From a virus, in the UHGV virus genome UHGV-0098678: a DNA stretch of 38,888 bases, one strand, 5' to 3'. Both the position numbers and the translations under genes were made by a program. This document shows, piece after piece, positions 16,648-25,995 of the stretch (position 1 is the first letter of the stretch; every line of letters starts with the position of its first letter). Below the pieces are notes generated by a model. It saw only the letters and a program-made list of their open reading frames with translations, was not told the origin of the DNA and ran no database searches.

Positions 16648-19118
16648 CAGAATCCCCCAACAGTAAGGCGAGGAATAACGGCAAGAACAGACAGCGGCAA
16701 CGGATCAAGCTGACGGATTTTTACACGTCCGTTTTTGCCCCAGTTACTGTCCAGTTTCACTTCTACTTTTCCGGTAGCATCATCAACAGGATCATCGTAG
16801 AACTCGAATTCACGCTGTGGATATTCGTACCATTTACCGCCGGGCGTAGTCGCCCAGATGCCGCGACTGGCATTCACAACCAGAGTAACGGACGGGATCA
16901 CCTGTTTTTTGTCCAGCAGCGTTTCCTGTCCGTTAATGTTGATATCCAGTGTTTCGAATTCAGCAGTTATTGGCAGGCCGATGTGCACTACAGCCCCCGG
17001 AGATTCCAGCGTGACGGCACCTCCGGAAACCACTTTCTGTGGTTCCACGTTCGCATCAGAGAGGATGTTTACGGTCTGGCCTTCAAGATGAGACAAGCCG
17101 CCAAATGTCCGGCGCGCCATCTGCCAGTTCGTGGTGGCCACATTCCTGAGGGATGGCGGGACGTTCCTGTTAGCACGAACCACTACAGCGGTATTGCTGG
17201 TTACAGAAATAATGTCGCAACGTAATTCTTTTGACACTTCATCGCCAGTATCAGGATCAGTTCCGGTATAAGGGAACTGTAGTTGCGCGCCGACATCACT
17301 ACTGGTGAAGTACGCACCACCAGAAACACTGATTGTATATTCCGCATGGTAATCCCATTCACCAGAACCACCAGTGATGGTCATCGTTCTGTCAGACGTA
17401 TTTCTTCCATCATAGCTAAGGCCAGAATCAACAAAGAAAGCATCTTCATCGCTGGTAAATAAACGGCTGGACAGTCGCTCGATGTATCTCACTGTTTGCC
17501 CGTTAACGGTTCGGTTAACGACGAAATACACCGCATCTTCATTGCCTTCGCTGATACTGCATGTGCTTTCATATTTTCCGGTACTGGATTGTGGTGCCCA
17601 TGCAAAAACCTGCTGATCACGCAAATAGGTCATCACCAGTAATTTACCGTCATCACGAATGCAGAAGGCACTGGAGTAAGGGACAATCGAGAAGCACCAG
17701 TCAACAATGCTGTGCTTCTGAAAAAGATGATTGGCAAGGATGGTCAGGTCGTTCCCCTGATAGCCGTCAACATCGAATGAGTAGGCCAGATCACGGACAA
17801 CGCTGCCTTTCTCCTGGACGAACAGAGCAATATTCGCCACGGCAATTGGCGGGACGTTGCTTGAGCCATTTGATCCCTGAGAGCTGAATGCAAATGATGA
17901 TGGGGTTAACACTTTGTTCTGGTCGCCGGTGATGACGTACTCACCTCCGGAAGTCAGCGCCACCAGAGAACCAACATCAATCAGGTGGCGGATCTCATTA
18001 ACCTGACGTCCGGCATAGGTGTAGATAATTCTGTCGTCATCCTGCGTAGGATTGCTTTTGCCAAAATCCTTATAATCCCCGGTACGGCTGGCCCAGATAG
18101 TCTGAGGAAACGCAGTCGATGCGGCGAAGTAAAGACGTTGTTGATAATAAACAACAGTGCCAGGATAACCATTAACACTGTTCCAGGCATATTTAGCCCA
18201 TTTATAGCTGGCATTATCCTCGCCAACGACCTGCGAAGGGATATAGGAAATCACCTCAGCAGTTGCAGTAGTGCCATTTGCAGCAGTGATACGGGCAATG
18301 CCAAAACCACTGTGCAGATACTCCCACTCAATGCCAGTATCATCATCACCGGATCCGCCCCAGCCATCCCATGATGTGCCTTCTGTATGCGAAGGGCGCA
18401 AAGTACCTGTTTTGCCTGCTGTAACGGCGCGATAGTAGTTACTGTCTGCACGGCGAATATCGCCAATCGACGTACTCTTACTGGTTTCCCATACCGGCAC
18501 AGAATCCACTGCAGGCTGTTCCAGATAGAACAATTTGCCTACCTGCTCCGCGCCAAAAATAGAGGCGCTTGCCGTTAACGTAATTGTCCCGGTGCTGGCG
18601 CTGGCATAAACCGTCACTGACTCGTCAATATTGATATCTTCAAATGGCCCGTTCTTCGTTACCACATCAACCAGTTGCCAGTTGTCATGCGCATAGCGGC
18701 GCAACTCTTTCGGCGGGTATGCCGGATGAACCAGCGTAAGCACGTCTGCGCTTTGCGTGAATTTAATTCGGAACAGATCGGCTTCAGTATATGGCGTGGA
18801 AATTTCATAAATAACATTGCTGCTGTTCAGCACCAACGCACCATCTTTGATAACGCGCATGTACTGGTGTCCGAACTCCAGAGCATAGGTCTGAACCGTC
18901 GAGAACTGGAACGGGATCAGGCGGCATTTCCGATTTGGGTATTTGGCGGCACCGACAAAACGCGTACCAGGTCGATTCTCAACGCCGCCATACTGCCGCA
19001 CGATAAAGTTATCGCACTTGCGCAATGCCACCTGGTACTTCGCCATGTCGATACGACCGTACAACGACGGTCCAATCTCACCACCGGCAAAGCTGGGCTG
19101 TATCCAACTGATAGCCAT
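16647..19118 (-). CDS. tail tubular protein B (T7 gp12-like)
   Basis: 823 aa (T7 gp12 is 794 aa); follows the gp11-like gene with ATGA overlap; N-terminus ...FAGGEIGPSLYGR... resembles the conserved gp12 N-terminal pattern. Confidence 0.5.
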   Translation of the reverse strand: MAISWIQPSFAGGEIGPSLYGRIDMAKYQVALRKCDNFIVRQYGGVENRPGTRFVGAAKYPNRKCRLIPFQFSTVQTYALEFGHQYMRVIKDGALVLNSSNVIYEISTPYTEADLFRIKFTQSADVLTLVHPAYPPKELRRYAHDNWQLVDVVTKNGPFEDINIDESVTVYASASTGTITLTASASIFGAEQVGKLFYLEQPAVDSVPVWETSKSTSIGDIRRADSNYYRAVTAGKTGTLRPSHTEGTSWDGWGGSGDDDTGIEWEYLHSGFGIARITAANGTTATAEVISYIPSQVVGEDNASYKWAKYAWNSVNGYPGTVVYYQQRLYFAASTAFPQTIWASRTGDYKDFGKSNPTQDDDRIIYTYAGRQVNEIRHLIDVGSLVALTSGGEYVITGDQNKVLTPSSFAFSSQGSNGSSNVPPIAVANIALFVQEKGSVVRDLAYSFDVDGYQGNDLTILANHLFQKHSIVDWCFSIVPYSSAFCIRDDGKLLVMTYLRDQQVFAWAPQSSTGKYESTCSISEGNEDAVYFVVNRTVNGQTVRYIERLSSRLFTSDEDAFFVDSGLSYDGRNTSDRTMTITGGSGEWDYHAEYTISVSGGAYFTSSDVGAQLQFPYTGTDPDTGDEVSKELRCDIISVTSNTAVVVRANRNVPPSLRNVATTNWQMARRTFGGLSHLEGQTVNILSDANVEPQKVVSGGAVTLESPGAVVHIGLPITAEFETLDININGQETLLDKKQVIPSVTLVVNASRGIWATTPGGKWYEYPQREFEFYDDPVDDATGKVEVKLDSNWGKNGRVKIRQLDPLPLSVLAVIPRLTVGGF

Positions 19119-19723
19119 CAGGACAACCTCGCAATGGTAAACTCGTCAACCGGTGGCTGTGGTTCCTGTGATTCATTCTGGCTATGCGAGCCAGCACTAA
19201 GAATCACGCGATTGTACATATTGAGGGCAAACGTACCGAGGTCTGCATTCCCAGTCAGCGCCATGTTAATAGCTGCCGCAAGACGCCAGGCCAACGCCTC
19301 CATAAAAATGGCATCAAACATGTTCACATCTGTAACGCGAGAGACATACTTGAGCCATGCCTGAGGCTGGTCTGTGTAGATCAACTTTCCTGTTCCGTTG
19401 GTGTCTACACCTACTTCGTACTGAACGCGCATTGCTGCTGTTGGATTGCGTACACCAGGAAGCATAATTTCAGTAATGCGCAGACAATCGGACGGGTACT
19501 GATACGCATATTCCCAGTCAGGCGGTGGATTGCTCGTATCTGCCAGCGCCACGCGTTTGGTAGCAAAGTTCCAGTCAAAATCAGAAAGCACAGCATCACG
19601 GCAGGCCTCAAAGTGCAGCGAACATTCCCCCGCTTCCTTGCTGGCTTCCGTCAGGCTGTTAATGCTGCGGCTATTGCCAATATTGGACAGCGCACGATTG
19701 CAGATCTCTACTACAGAGGCCAT
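19118..19723 (-). CDS. tail tubular protein A (T7 gp11-like)
   Basis: 201 aa (T7 gp11 is 196 aa); N-terminus VVEICNRALSNIGNSRSINSLTEAS resembles the gp11 N-terminal pattern; position between capsid-proximal genes and gp12-like. Confidence 0.5.
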   Translation of the reverse strand: MASVVEICNRALSNIGNSRSINSLTEASKEAGECSLHFEACRDAVLSDFDWNFATKRVALADTSNPPPDWEYAYQYPSDCLRITEIMLPGVRNPTAAMRVQYEVGVDTNGTGKLIYTDQPQAWLKYVSRVTDVNMFDAIFMEALAWRLAAAINMALTGNADLGTFALNMYNRVILSAGSHSQNESQEPQPPVDEFTIARLS

Positions 19724-20046
19724 TACTCACCCCCATTGCCGTACAGGGTTTCAGCCGCTGATTTTTCTACATCCCCGGAAACAGGAGCGATCGCCATATC
19801 AGTGATCTGCAGATCGGCGCTGCGATTAACACCATCGTCAGTTTCTCTGGCAGACAGGCCTCGAATAACAGCCTTTGCAGTTATCATCACTTCTGTTCCG
19901 ACGCCCTGAGGTTGCGCCTTCAGCTTATTCAATGTGTCGTTATTAAGAGTGATGCACAGCCCCCACGGGTATTCATCGCGAGTTCTGGTTTCTCCGCTCT
20001 CATCCTGGTAGCTGTCAGTGCCGGTTTTGAGGTTTACGAGTTCCAT
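19723..20046 (-). CDS. hypothetical structural-module protein
   Basis: ATG at 20046 with SD AGGAG 6 nt upstream (the track ORF begins two codons earlier at a GTG); 107 aa; no recognisable family. Confidence 0.45.
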   Translation of the reverse strand: MELVNLKTGTDSYQDESGETRTRDEYPWGLCITLNNDTLNKLKAQPQGVGTEVMITAKAVIRGLSARETDDGVNRSADLQITDMAIAPVSGDVEKSAAETLYGNGGE

Positions 20047-20096
20047 ATACACTCCTGCAATAAAGGGGCCGAAGCCCCTTGTCTGATCCGCGAGGC

Positions 20097-20432
20097 TTAC
20101 ACGCCCAGTTCTTTACGCTTATCTGCGATCTTCTCGCGGAGCGTTTCGGCTTTGGCGTTATGGTGTGGCTTCTCGTTAAAGAGCAATTCGTACTCTTCAC
20201 GGAGCTTATCCAGTTCACCATCATCTGACACATCGTTGATGATTTTGGTGCTGGTTGCTGCCATTGACTCTTTTCCTGCAACTTTTGCTTTTGCCTGTCT
20301 GGCTGCATCGTTAACAGGTTCCAGTGCGCTACCAGGCTCACCTTCGTATTCGATTTCTGCCCCCTCCGGCCACAGAGTGTTATGGATATGAGAGAGGCGC
20401 AGAACGCGGTATCTTGGTTTCTCACCTGACAT
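20097..20432 (-). CDS. hypothetical structural-module protein
   Basis: ATG at 20432 with SD AAGGTGA (the track ORF begins at an upstream GTG); 111 aa, charged C-terminal half. Confidence 0.45.
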   Translation of the reverse strand: MSGEKPRYRVLRLSHIHNTLWPEGAEIEYEGEPGSALEPVNDAARQAKAKVAGKESMAATSTKIINDVSDDGELDKLREEYELLFNEKPHHNAKAETLREKIADKRKELGV

Positions 20433-20442
20433 CAATATCACC

Positions 20443-20880
20443 TTAACCAGTTACTTTTGAGCGGATCGGATACGGCGTATTGGCATCAACATCAAGATTG
20501 ATACCCGCAGTGAATTTGCCAGCCGTTAGTGGGCCAGTTGCGACGGAGTAGTTAACACGCAGATATCGCTGAACACCGGCTGGCACCTTTGCAGAAACAA
20601 CTCGCTTACCTGCTGTCAGGGTGGCCTTTGCCAGTGCGCCACTATCATAAATAGTGGACCATGAGCTGTTATCCTCACTCGTCTGCAACTGGATGTTTAC
20701 AGTTGCATCACCGCTTGCTGCGGCGGCTGTGTTAACCAGCGCCCAAAACTCAAGCGGGTAACCCACGCCGATATCACGACGTTTTCCGTCAATTGGACCG
20801 AGATCGATTACGTCAGTAGAAGCCGCGGTATCAGTTACCGCCTGTGCTTCGGAGAACATCAACAGTTTGTCGGTGATCAT
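20443..20880 (-). CDS. putative capsid decoration / minor capsid protein
   Basis: 145 aa immediately downstream of the major capsid gene, SD GGAGA; beta-rich Ala/Thr/Gly composition. Assignment is by position and composition only. Confidence 0.4.
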   Translation of the reverse strand: MITDKLLMFSEAQAVTDTAASTDVIDLGPIDGKRRDIGVGYPLEFWALVNTAAAASGDATVNIQLQTSEDNSSWSTIYDSGALAKATLTAGKRVVSAKVPAGVQRYLRVNYSVATGPLTAGKFTAGINLDVDANTPYPIRSKVTG

Positions 20881-20931
20881 CTTCTTTCTCCATTAGTGGG
20901 TCTGTTACGACCCACAGGTTAATAACAGGCG

Positions 20932-21924
20932 TTACACCACGCGGGCTTCTGTTTCCAGAAGCGCATCAGTTTCACGGATTGGTACACCACGGAATGAAGT
21001 CCACCACTCGCCTTCTGTCTCTTTTACGCTGATCGCCAGAGATGTTTTCTCCAGAGATTGCAGATCAAGAGCCTGGCCTACAGTGCGGTTCATGTAGAAC
21101 ACCGGGCGACCCATGCCACGATTTGGAATGCGATGCAGTGCTTTAACCATCAACTTCGCAATATTTGCGGCAGAGGAAGGTTCTGAAAGATTGCTGACAT
21201 CGATGTTTGCAATGCGAACAACATAACGCCAGTCACGCAGAGCAAGTCCGTTATCCCATTTGTAATGGGTGCGATAGCCTTCGTACTTGCCGCCATTAGC
21301 ATCTTCCAGTGTCACCTGGCCTTTATCTTCCATCTGGATGCCAGCCTTCTGCCCTTTCGGGAAGATGCCATGCACGGTGTTTTCGCCCCACACCACTAAC
21401 CAGATTGAGGTGTTATCTGTACCCGTGCCACCAGCATCAATGATGTTCTGAGCATTACCCGCAGACAGGCTGGAATAGCGGGAGGACAGTCCCATAAACT
21501 GCTGAGGGTTAACGCTGGAATCACCATAAAACAGCGTCTGCGCCATCTGCTGATTCATCGCTTCAATAAATGCGCGGTCTTCAGACAGGCGGAATTCGGC
21601 GGTATTGCCGTTCAGAGCAGCCAGTGACTTATCGACTTCCGCATAGGTTTCCAGCATGCCAACGGAATCGGTTACCTGTACTGTGGTTGATTTGCTTGGC
21701 TGTACGCCATAGTTCAGCAAACGCCAGGTAGCTGAAGGTAAACCAGAACGAATGGTGGTTCGGTGTCCGGTAGGAAGGTTCCCTTCGACAAAAGGCATAT
21801 CCTGAAGGATCGGGTTAGTTTGACCGAGAAGCTCGATAATCTTATCGACTTTCCCGTTTGGATCGACGCGCTTACCCCAGTCAGCCAGCGTTAGCGCAGT
21901 TAAGCCTTTAACAGCCATTGTCAT
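20932..21924 (-). CDS. major capsid protein
   Basis: 330 aa (T7 gp10A is 345 aa); SD GAGAGG; follows the scaffold-like gene and precedes tail genes in T7-like order. Confidence 0.65.
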   Translation of the reverse strand: MTMAVKGLTALTLADWGKRVDPNGKVDKIIELLGQTNPILQDMPFVEGNLPTGHRTTIRSGLPSATWRLLNYGVQPSKSTTVQVTDSVGMLETYAEVDKSLAALNGNTAEFRLSEDRAFIEAMNQQMAQTLFYGDSSVNPQQFMGLSSRYSSLSAGNAQNIIDAGGTGTDNTSIWLVVWGENTVHGIFPKGQKAGIQMEDKGQVTLEDANGGKYEGYRTHYKWDNGLALRDWRYVVRIANIDVSNLSEPSSAANIAKLMVKALHRIPNRGMGRPVFYMNRTVGQALDLQSLEKTSLAISVKETEGEWWTSFRGVPIRETDALLETEARVV

Positions 21925-21932
21925 TTCCTCTC

Positions 21933-22628
21933 TTATTTGCCATAGAGCACTTCGGCCGCACTACGCTGGCCTTCATTACCACCGGTGACCATGCCATCTT
22001 CAGACATCGCCTTTCCGATTTTCACGAACGTTTTGACCAGATCAGGGTGATTACCCAGCCCGGTGGTGTTCAGATATTCTTTGAGTTCAGGTGTCCCGAA
22101 CTGGTCAAGCGCACGCTGTGCGGCGCTAAGGTTAGAAATCAACTTGTCGCCACCGATTTCTTTGTCAGCTTTTACATCAGCAGCCCACTGCTCGGTTGTT
22201 TTCTGCCAGGCTTCTGCCTGGCGCTGCTGAACACCTGCCAGAATCTTCGGATAAGCATCAACCAGCTTTTGCGCTTGCTCGTTGGTCAGGTTTAGTTCTC
22301 GCGCCACCGGCTCGAATTCCTTCAACGCTTCTGTATCCAGCTCTACGCCTTCGGCAGCCTGAAACTCGTACTTCTCAGGCGCACCCTCTGTTTTATCGCC
22401 GTCCTTTTTTTCATCCTGCTTATCGTTTTCAGGCTTTTTGTCATCAGCAGGTTTATCGCCATCAGCAACAGGTTGTGGCTTATCACCTTCCGGTTGTGAT
22501 GGATCACCAACTGGAGCAGGGTTATCACCTGCAGGCGCTGACGGTTCTGACGCAGCCGGAGCTGCTCCACCATCGACTGGTTGCTCATTGCAAAGACGGC
22601 GATACAGCAAACGCTCAAATAAATTCAT
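21933..22628 (-). CDS. scaffolding protein
   Basis: ATG at 22628 with SD AGGAG (track ORF starts at upstream GTG); 231 aa, very acidic Pro/Asp/Lys-rich low-complexity N-terminal half and helical C-terminal half; between portal and capsid. Confidence 0.5.
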   Translation of the reverse strand: MNLFERLLYRRLCNEQPVDGGAAPAASEPSAPAGDNPAPVGDPSQPEGDKPQPVADGDKPADDKKPENDKQDEKKDGDKTEGAPEKYEFQAAEGVELDTEALKEFEPVARELNLTNEQAQKLVDAYPKILAGVQQRQAEAWQKTTEQWAADVKADKEIGGDKLISNLSAAQRALDQFGTPELKEYLNTTGLGNHPDLVKTFVKIGKAMSEDGMVTGGNEGQRSAAEVLYGK

Positions 22629-22630
22629 GA

Positions 22631-22927
22631 TCACTCCTGTTCACTGGCCTCTTTGGCCATCTTCAAATACTGTTCAGGGCAATGCGCCATAACGCGCTGA
22701 AACAGTTCCAGCGCCAGATTGCGTTGCCCCTCATTAAATGCCATAGCCATAGCGTCCATCGGTGAGATAGCGGAAAACACACGGCCTTTCTCCAGCACCG
22801 ACCAGACAACGCGACGCCCCTGTTCACTGCTCATGACAAAGCAAATGTCATCAATTTCACGCTGTGCCATGTCACGTTGCTTACGGGCGTTTTCTTCTTT
22901 CAGTTGATCGTCTTCGTAATCTGTCAT
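22631..22927 (-). CDS. hypothetical protein between portal and scaffold
   Basis: 98 aa; ATGA overlap with the portal stop; charged/helical. Confidence 0.45.
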   Translation of the reverse strand: MTDYEDDQLKEENARKQRDMAQREIDDICFVMSSEQGRRVVWSVLEKGRVFSAISPMDAMAMAFNEGQRNLALELFQRVMAHCPEQYLKMAKEASEQE

Positions 22928-24603
22928 TGTGATTGCCCACCCTGACCACTAACTGCATTCGCCATAGCTGACAAAACACTCGGATCCGAAGTTTTAGCTT
23001 CGCTTAGCGTCTTGGCACCCTGTGCCGCCGCCATCCCCATCGCCATCATTTGTTGCTGCTGTTGTTGCTGTGCCCGTTGCTGGCGAGCCTGCTCAACCTG
23101 TTCCTGCGGAACAATGACGGTTGGAGACACTCCGGACATATCAGCGAATGCATCGATCGCCTGATCAACGTTGAGTTTGTCGAGAGCTTCTGGTTTCGCT
23201 TGCGCAAGTTGACCAATGAAGTTGACCGTAGACGCCAGACTGGACAGGCCGATAGACTTCTGCGCCTGAGCCATGACGGAAATGTATTCGACCTTCAGGG
23301 GCATACCTTCCATCGCGTCAGGCGGTGGCGGCAGCATGTTTTTACGCACCATCATCGAGAAAGCGCGGTCAATGAGAGGATTAAGACATTCGTCGTTCAG
23401 ACGCTCCAGAACCGGCCCCAACATCAGAAGTTTTTCTTCTTTCATTTCGATCACCGCTTCAACAGGCATCGAGCGGGTATTGATGTTCTGCAACATCATG
23501 AACAGATCGACAAAGTAGGCGCTGTTAATGATTTGACGGGTGTCCTGAATGTCTGCCACCAAATCTGCTGTACTGGGGTTAACCAGATAAGCAGGCCTGA
23601 AACCATCCTGACCAGTAATCTGATCGATATACGTGATGTCGCCAGGAAGAAGGGAGGCACGCTGATTCTTGAGGGAAGTCGGAGCAACCATCGGCGGATT
23701 GGTGGCTTTATCAATCAACTGCGACTTGCGCTTCTGGAGAAGCTGCAATGCCTTAACAGGTCCAAGCGCCAGCATACCCGGGCATGATGATCCATAAACA
23801 TCTTCGCCGTTAACTTCCCAGCGCGGAGCCATAATTGGAAACTCATCGAATCCGGACTCACGCAACAACTTGTCGTTATCGCCACCAACCTCGTAATAAA
23901 CCGATTTGAATGGCTTGTTCTTGCTATCCAGCTTCGATGTATCGCGGTCAATGTTCGGGTAAACCGAATGCATCACTTCAATCCACTTCTCGTAGGTTCC
24001 GCTTTCCCACATGCTTTTTACGGATTCGCTGACGTTATTTAGCCCGAACTCCTGAACAAGCTGACGAACAGTCATAGAGAACTTGCGAAAACAGGTGTCC
24101 ACACTGCCACGAGGTGAGTTAGCCAGGTAGTAACTGCCTATCGGGAATGGCATTGTGCGAATGATGTCCTCGTCATCCTCCAGCACTGCCATTGCACCAG
24201 TGCTGTATGTGCCGAGGCTTCCGTATAACTGCGGCAGCGACTGATAGAGATTCGACTTATTGAACATATCGTTCATGCGGTTCTGCACCGCCTCAAGCCA
24301 CAACTTAACAGGGCCATAATCCATCATTTCAGGATCTGGCGTAGCCAGGCGAAACCACGGACGCGCGGGGCTTGTGATGCCTGACATCATGCCGCTGGCG
24401 AGAGTGCGCGCCGCCATAGTCCCGGTCGAATCAATAATGCGTGTATTGCGTCGATCGTTACGGTTAACCTCAGAAGTCAGAAAGCGGGAACCACGCGGGT
24501 TGATGTAATCACTCAACTCGCGCCAGTGCGGCTCGAACGACTGACGCTCGCTTTCAAGTTGTGCGAACTGTTTGTTCAATCGCTCTTTAGTTGTTTCCGC
24601 CAT
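22924..24603 (-). CDS. portal (head-to-tail connector) protein, T7 gp8-like
   Basis: 559 aa (T7 gp8 is 536 aa); C-terminal Gln/Ala/Met-rich tail (QQRAQQQQQQQMMAMGMAAAQGA) resembles the T7 gp8 C-terminus. Confidence 0.7.
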   Translation of the reverse strand: MAETTKERLNKQFAQLESERQSFEPHWRELSDYINPRGSRFLTSEVNRNDRRNTRIIDSTGTMAARTLASGMMSGITSPARPWFRLATPDPEMMDYGPVKLWLEAVQNRMNDMFNKSNLYQSLPQLYGSLGTYSTGAMAVLEDDEDIIRTMPFPIGSYYLANSPRGSVDTCFRKFSMTVRQLVQEFGLNNVSESVKSMWESGTYEKWIEVMHSVYPNIDRDTSKLDSKNKPFKSVYYEVGGDNDKLLRESGFDEFPIMAPRWEVNGEDVYGSSCPGMLALGPVKALQLLQKRKSQLIDKATNPPMVAPTSLKNQRASLLPGDITYIDQITGQDGFRPAYLVNPSTADLVADIQDTRQIINSAYFVDLFMMLQNINTRSMPVEAVIEMKEEKLLMLGPVLERLNDECLNPLIDRAFSMMVRKNMLPPPPDAMEGMPLKVEYISVMAQAQKSIGLSSLASTVNFIGQLAQAKPEALDKLNVDQAIDAFADMSGVSPTVIVPQEQVEQARQQRAQQQQQQQMMAMGMAAAQGAKTLSEAKTSDPSVLSAMANAVSGQGGQSQ

Positions 24604-24617
24604 TTCAATGACTCCGG

Positions 24618-24824
24618 TTACTGACCAAGCAGCGTTTTACCGCTGGTATTAGCAGTTGATGTGTCGCCCTGAGAACCGGTAAGCAGCGTAGAACTACGAC
24701 CAGCAGCAGCGCGACGGCGACGAGTTTCTTCGTCGCGGGCATCAACAACGGCGGCATCCTGCTCCTGTGGTGCTGCCTGAACTTCTGGTGTTGCAGGCAC
24801 TGATGGTGAGCTACCCATGCACAT
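24618..24824 (-). CDS. hypothetical small Ser/Thr/Ala-rich protein upstream of portal
   Basis: 68-aa ORF with ATG 24824 and GGAG 8 nt upstream; low-complexity sequence, so it could be non-coding. Confidence 0.3.
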   Translation of the reverse strand: MCMGSSPSVPATPEVQAAPQEQDAAVVDARDEETRRRRAAAGRSSTLLTGSQGDTSTANTSGKTLLGQ

Positions 24825-24914
24825 ATCAATGACTCCGTACGCAATTAAATTATTACCAATTTAACCACATATGATTTATTTATCGTAGACAGTTGACATT
24901 TAACGTGCGAATTA

Positions 24915-24929
24915 TTACCTTTCAGGTAA
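24915..24929. promoter_or_regulatory. 15-bp palindrome TTACC-N5-GGTAA (putative operator)
   Basis: TTACCtttcaGGTAA, same core as the site at 6263; a TTGACA hexamer lies 17 nt upstream (24893-24898); in the noncoding gap between the portal-side genes and the tRNA. Confidence 0.45.
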
Positions 24930-25251
24930 CCAAAGAGTTCATTCCGGTTACTAACCTGACTGGCTTGTCGTTAAATTGAACAGGTGGAGTGAGCTTTTAT
25001 TTTGAGCAGTACGGCGTATGGCACATGCGCCGATAGCGGTCTGGATGCGTTTAAGGGGCACCCTCCCTGGCTGTGGCAAACGAACCAGGTAGCCGGAATG
25101 TGCAAGTCGAGCGGTTTTATTCCGCGCACGGGGATTCACCATCCCGGCGATTCGGTGTGACGCCTCGGAAGAGACGAGGGTACAACGATGAGAGCATTTA
25201 TGGAGCCGCGACAAAGTGTGGCGCCTTAACAGGCTAAGTGCTCTCAGCGTT

Positions 25252-25328
25252 GTGGCATTAGCTCAGTTGGACAGAGCAACCGCCTTCTAAGCGGTTGGTC
25301 GCAGGTTCGAATCCTGCATGCCACGCCA
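25252..25328 (+). tRNA. tRNA-Arg (anticodon UCU)
   Basis: Hand-folded cloverleaf: acceptor GTGGCAT/ATGCCAC, D-arm GCTC...GAGC, anticodon stem ACCGC/GCGGT with loop CTTCTAA (anticodon TCT), 5-nt variable loop, T-arm GCAGG-TTCGAAT-CCTGC, discriminator G, encoded CCA. Confidence 0.85.
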
Positions 25329-25371
25329 GAATCACGCCTAAGGACCGTGATGCCAGAAGTTCCAGGGGCTT

Positions 25372-25414
25372 GGCGGTGATGGTTTCCCTTGAAGGACTAT
25401 CACCGCCCTTTTTA
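25372..25414 (+). terminator. rho-independent terminator downstream of tRNA
   Basis: Long stem GGCGGTGAT ... ATCACCGCC followed by CTTTTT. Confidence 0.6.
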
Positions 25415-25490
25415 CAGCAGGACGCCATTGCGATGACTTCATGCTGTAAACCAGTACAGCCACGGAAGGCATAACTCATTGCTTCCAGTT

Positions 25491-25516
25491 CGCCCGGTTC
25501 GCCGGGCATTTTTTTA
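25491..25516 (+). terminator. terminator/attenuator hairpin immediately upstream of the moron gene
   Basis: Stem GCCCGG ttcg CCGGGC followed by ATTTTTTT; ends about 10 nt before the SD of the 25527 gene. Confidence 0.5.
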
Positions 25517-25526
25517 AGGTGAGATC

Positions 25527-25949
25527 ATGAAAACAGCCGACATGCTAGCTAAATATCTAAATGAATGGCCGTGCAAATATGTACGCATTGTTCAGGGTGA
25601 TGACTCAATTTTTTATGGTGTTTTTGCAGGAAATGAAATGCTTTGTGAAGCAATTCCAGGTGAGCGACTTGCCGGGTTAACGCTTAGCGATGACCATGGA
25701 ATAGGAGTTACTTGCCATGACTGGATTTCAGCGCAGAAAACTGAAATGGAAAAAGGCAATGTGTTTGATATTTCTCGCGCTGTATACGCCAAAGAAAAAA
25801 GTGATGATGATTACATGCGCGAAAACTTATACAACATGAAGTTACAATGCCTGGCTGAAGTGCTTAGTAAAAGATCTTTACTTGATGTGGTTGGTGCTGA
25901 GCAGGACGCCAAGGCAATCAACGCCGCATTCGATAAAATAACCTTCTAA
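25527..25949 (+). CDS. hypothetical protein (moron, opposite strand to the structural operon)
   Basis: 140 aa; ATG 25527 with SD AAGGTGAG; flanked by terminators on both sides; no recognisable family. Confidence 0.55.
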   Translation: MKTADMLAKYLNEWPCKYVRIVQGDDSIFYGVFAGNEMLCEAIPGERLAGLTLSDDHGIGVTCHDWISAQKTEMEKGNVFDISRAVYAKEKSDDDYMRENLYNMKLQCLAEVLSKRSLLDVVGAEQDAKAINAAFDKITF

Positions 25950-25969
25950 CGCCGTGACATGTCACAATC

Positions 25970-25995
25970 AGCCCGCCGATTCGCGGGCTTTTTTA
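25970..25995 (+). terminator. rho-independent terminator
   Basis: Stem GCCCGC cgattc GCGGGC followed by TTTTTT; overlaps the stop codon of the convergent TerL gene. Confidence 0.65.

Noticed and set aside
18675-19909. Long + strand ORFs (229 and 241 codons) antisense to the tail tube genes
   Set aside because: Entirely inside well-supported - strand genes, lacking SD sequences and with biased Arg/Ser/Cys composition typical of shadow frames; the same applies to other antisense track ORFs such as 2284-2940, 9681-9965, 23050-23787 and 26015-27235.
24951-25214. 87-codon - strand ORF in the GC-rich region upstream of the tRNA
   Set aside because: No SD, odd composition, and the region is better explained as a structured non-coding leader.
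25252-25328. tRNA-Arg as the prophage attachment site
   Set aside because: The tRNA lies between TerL and portal with phage genes on both sides and carries its own terminator; it is cargo, not a chromosomal integration target (unless the window spans two elements, which gene order does not support).
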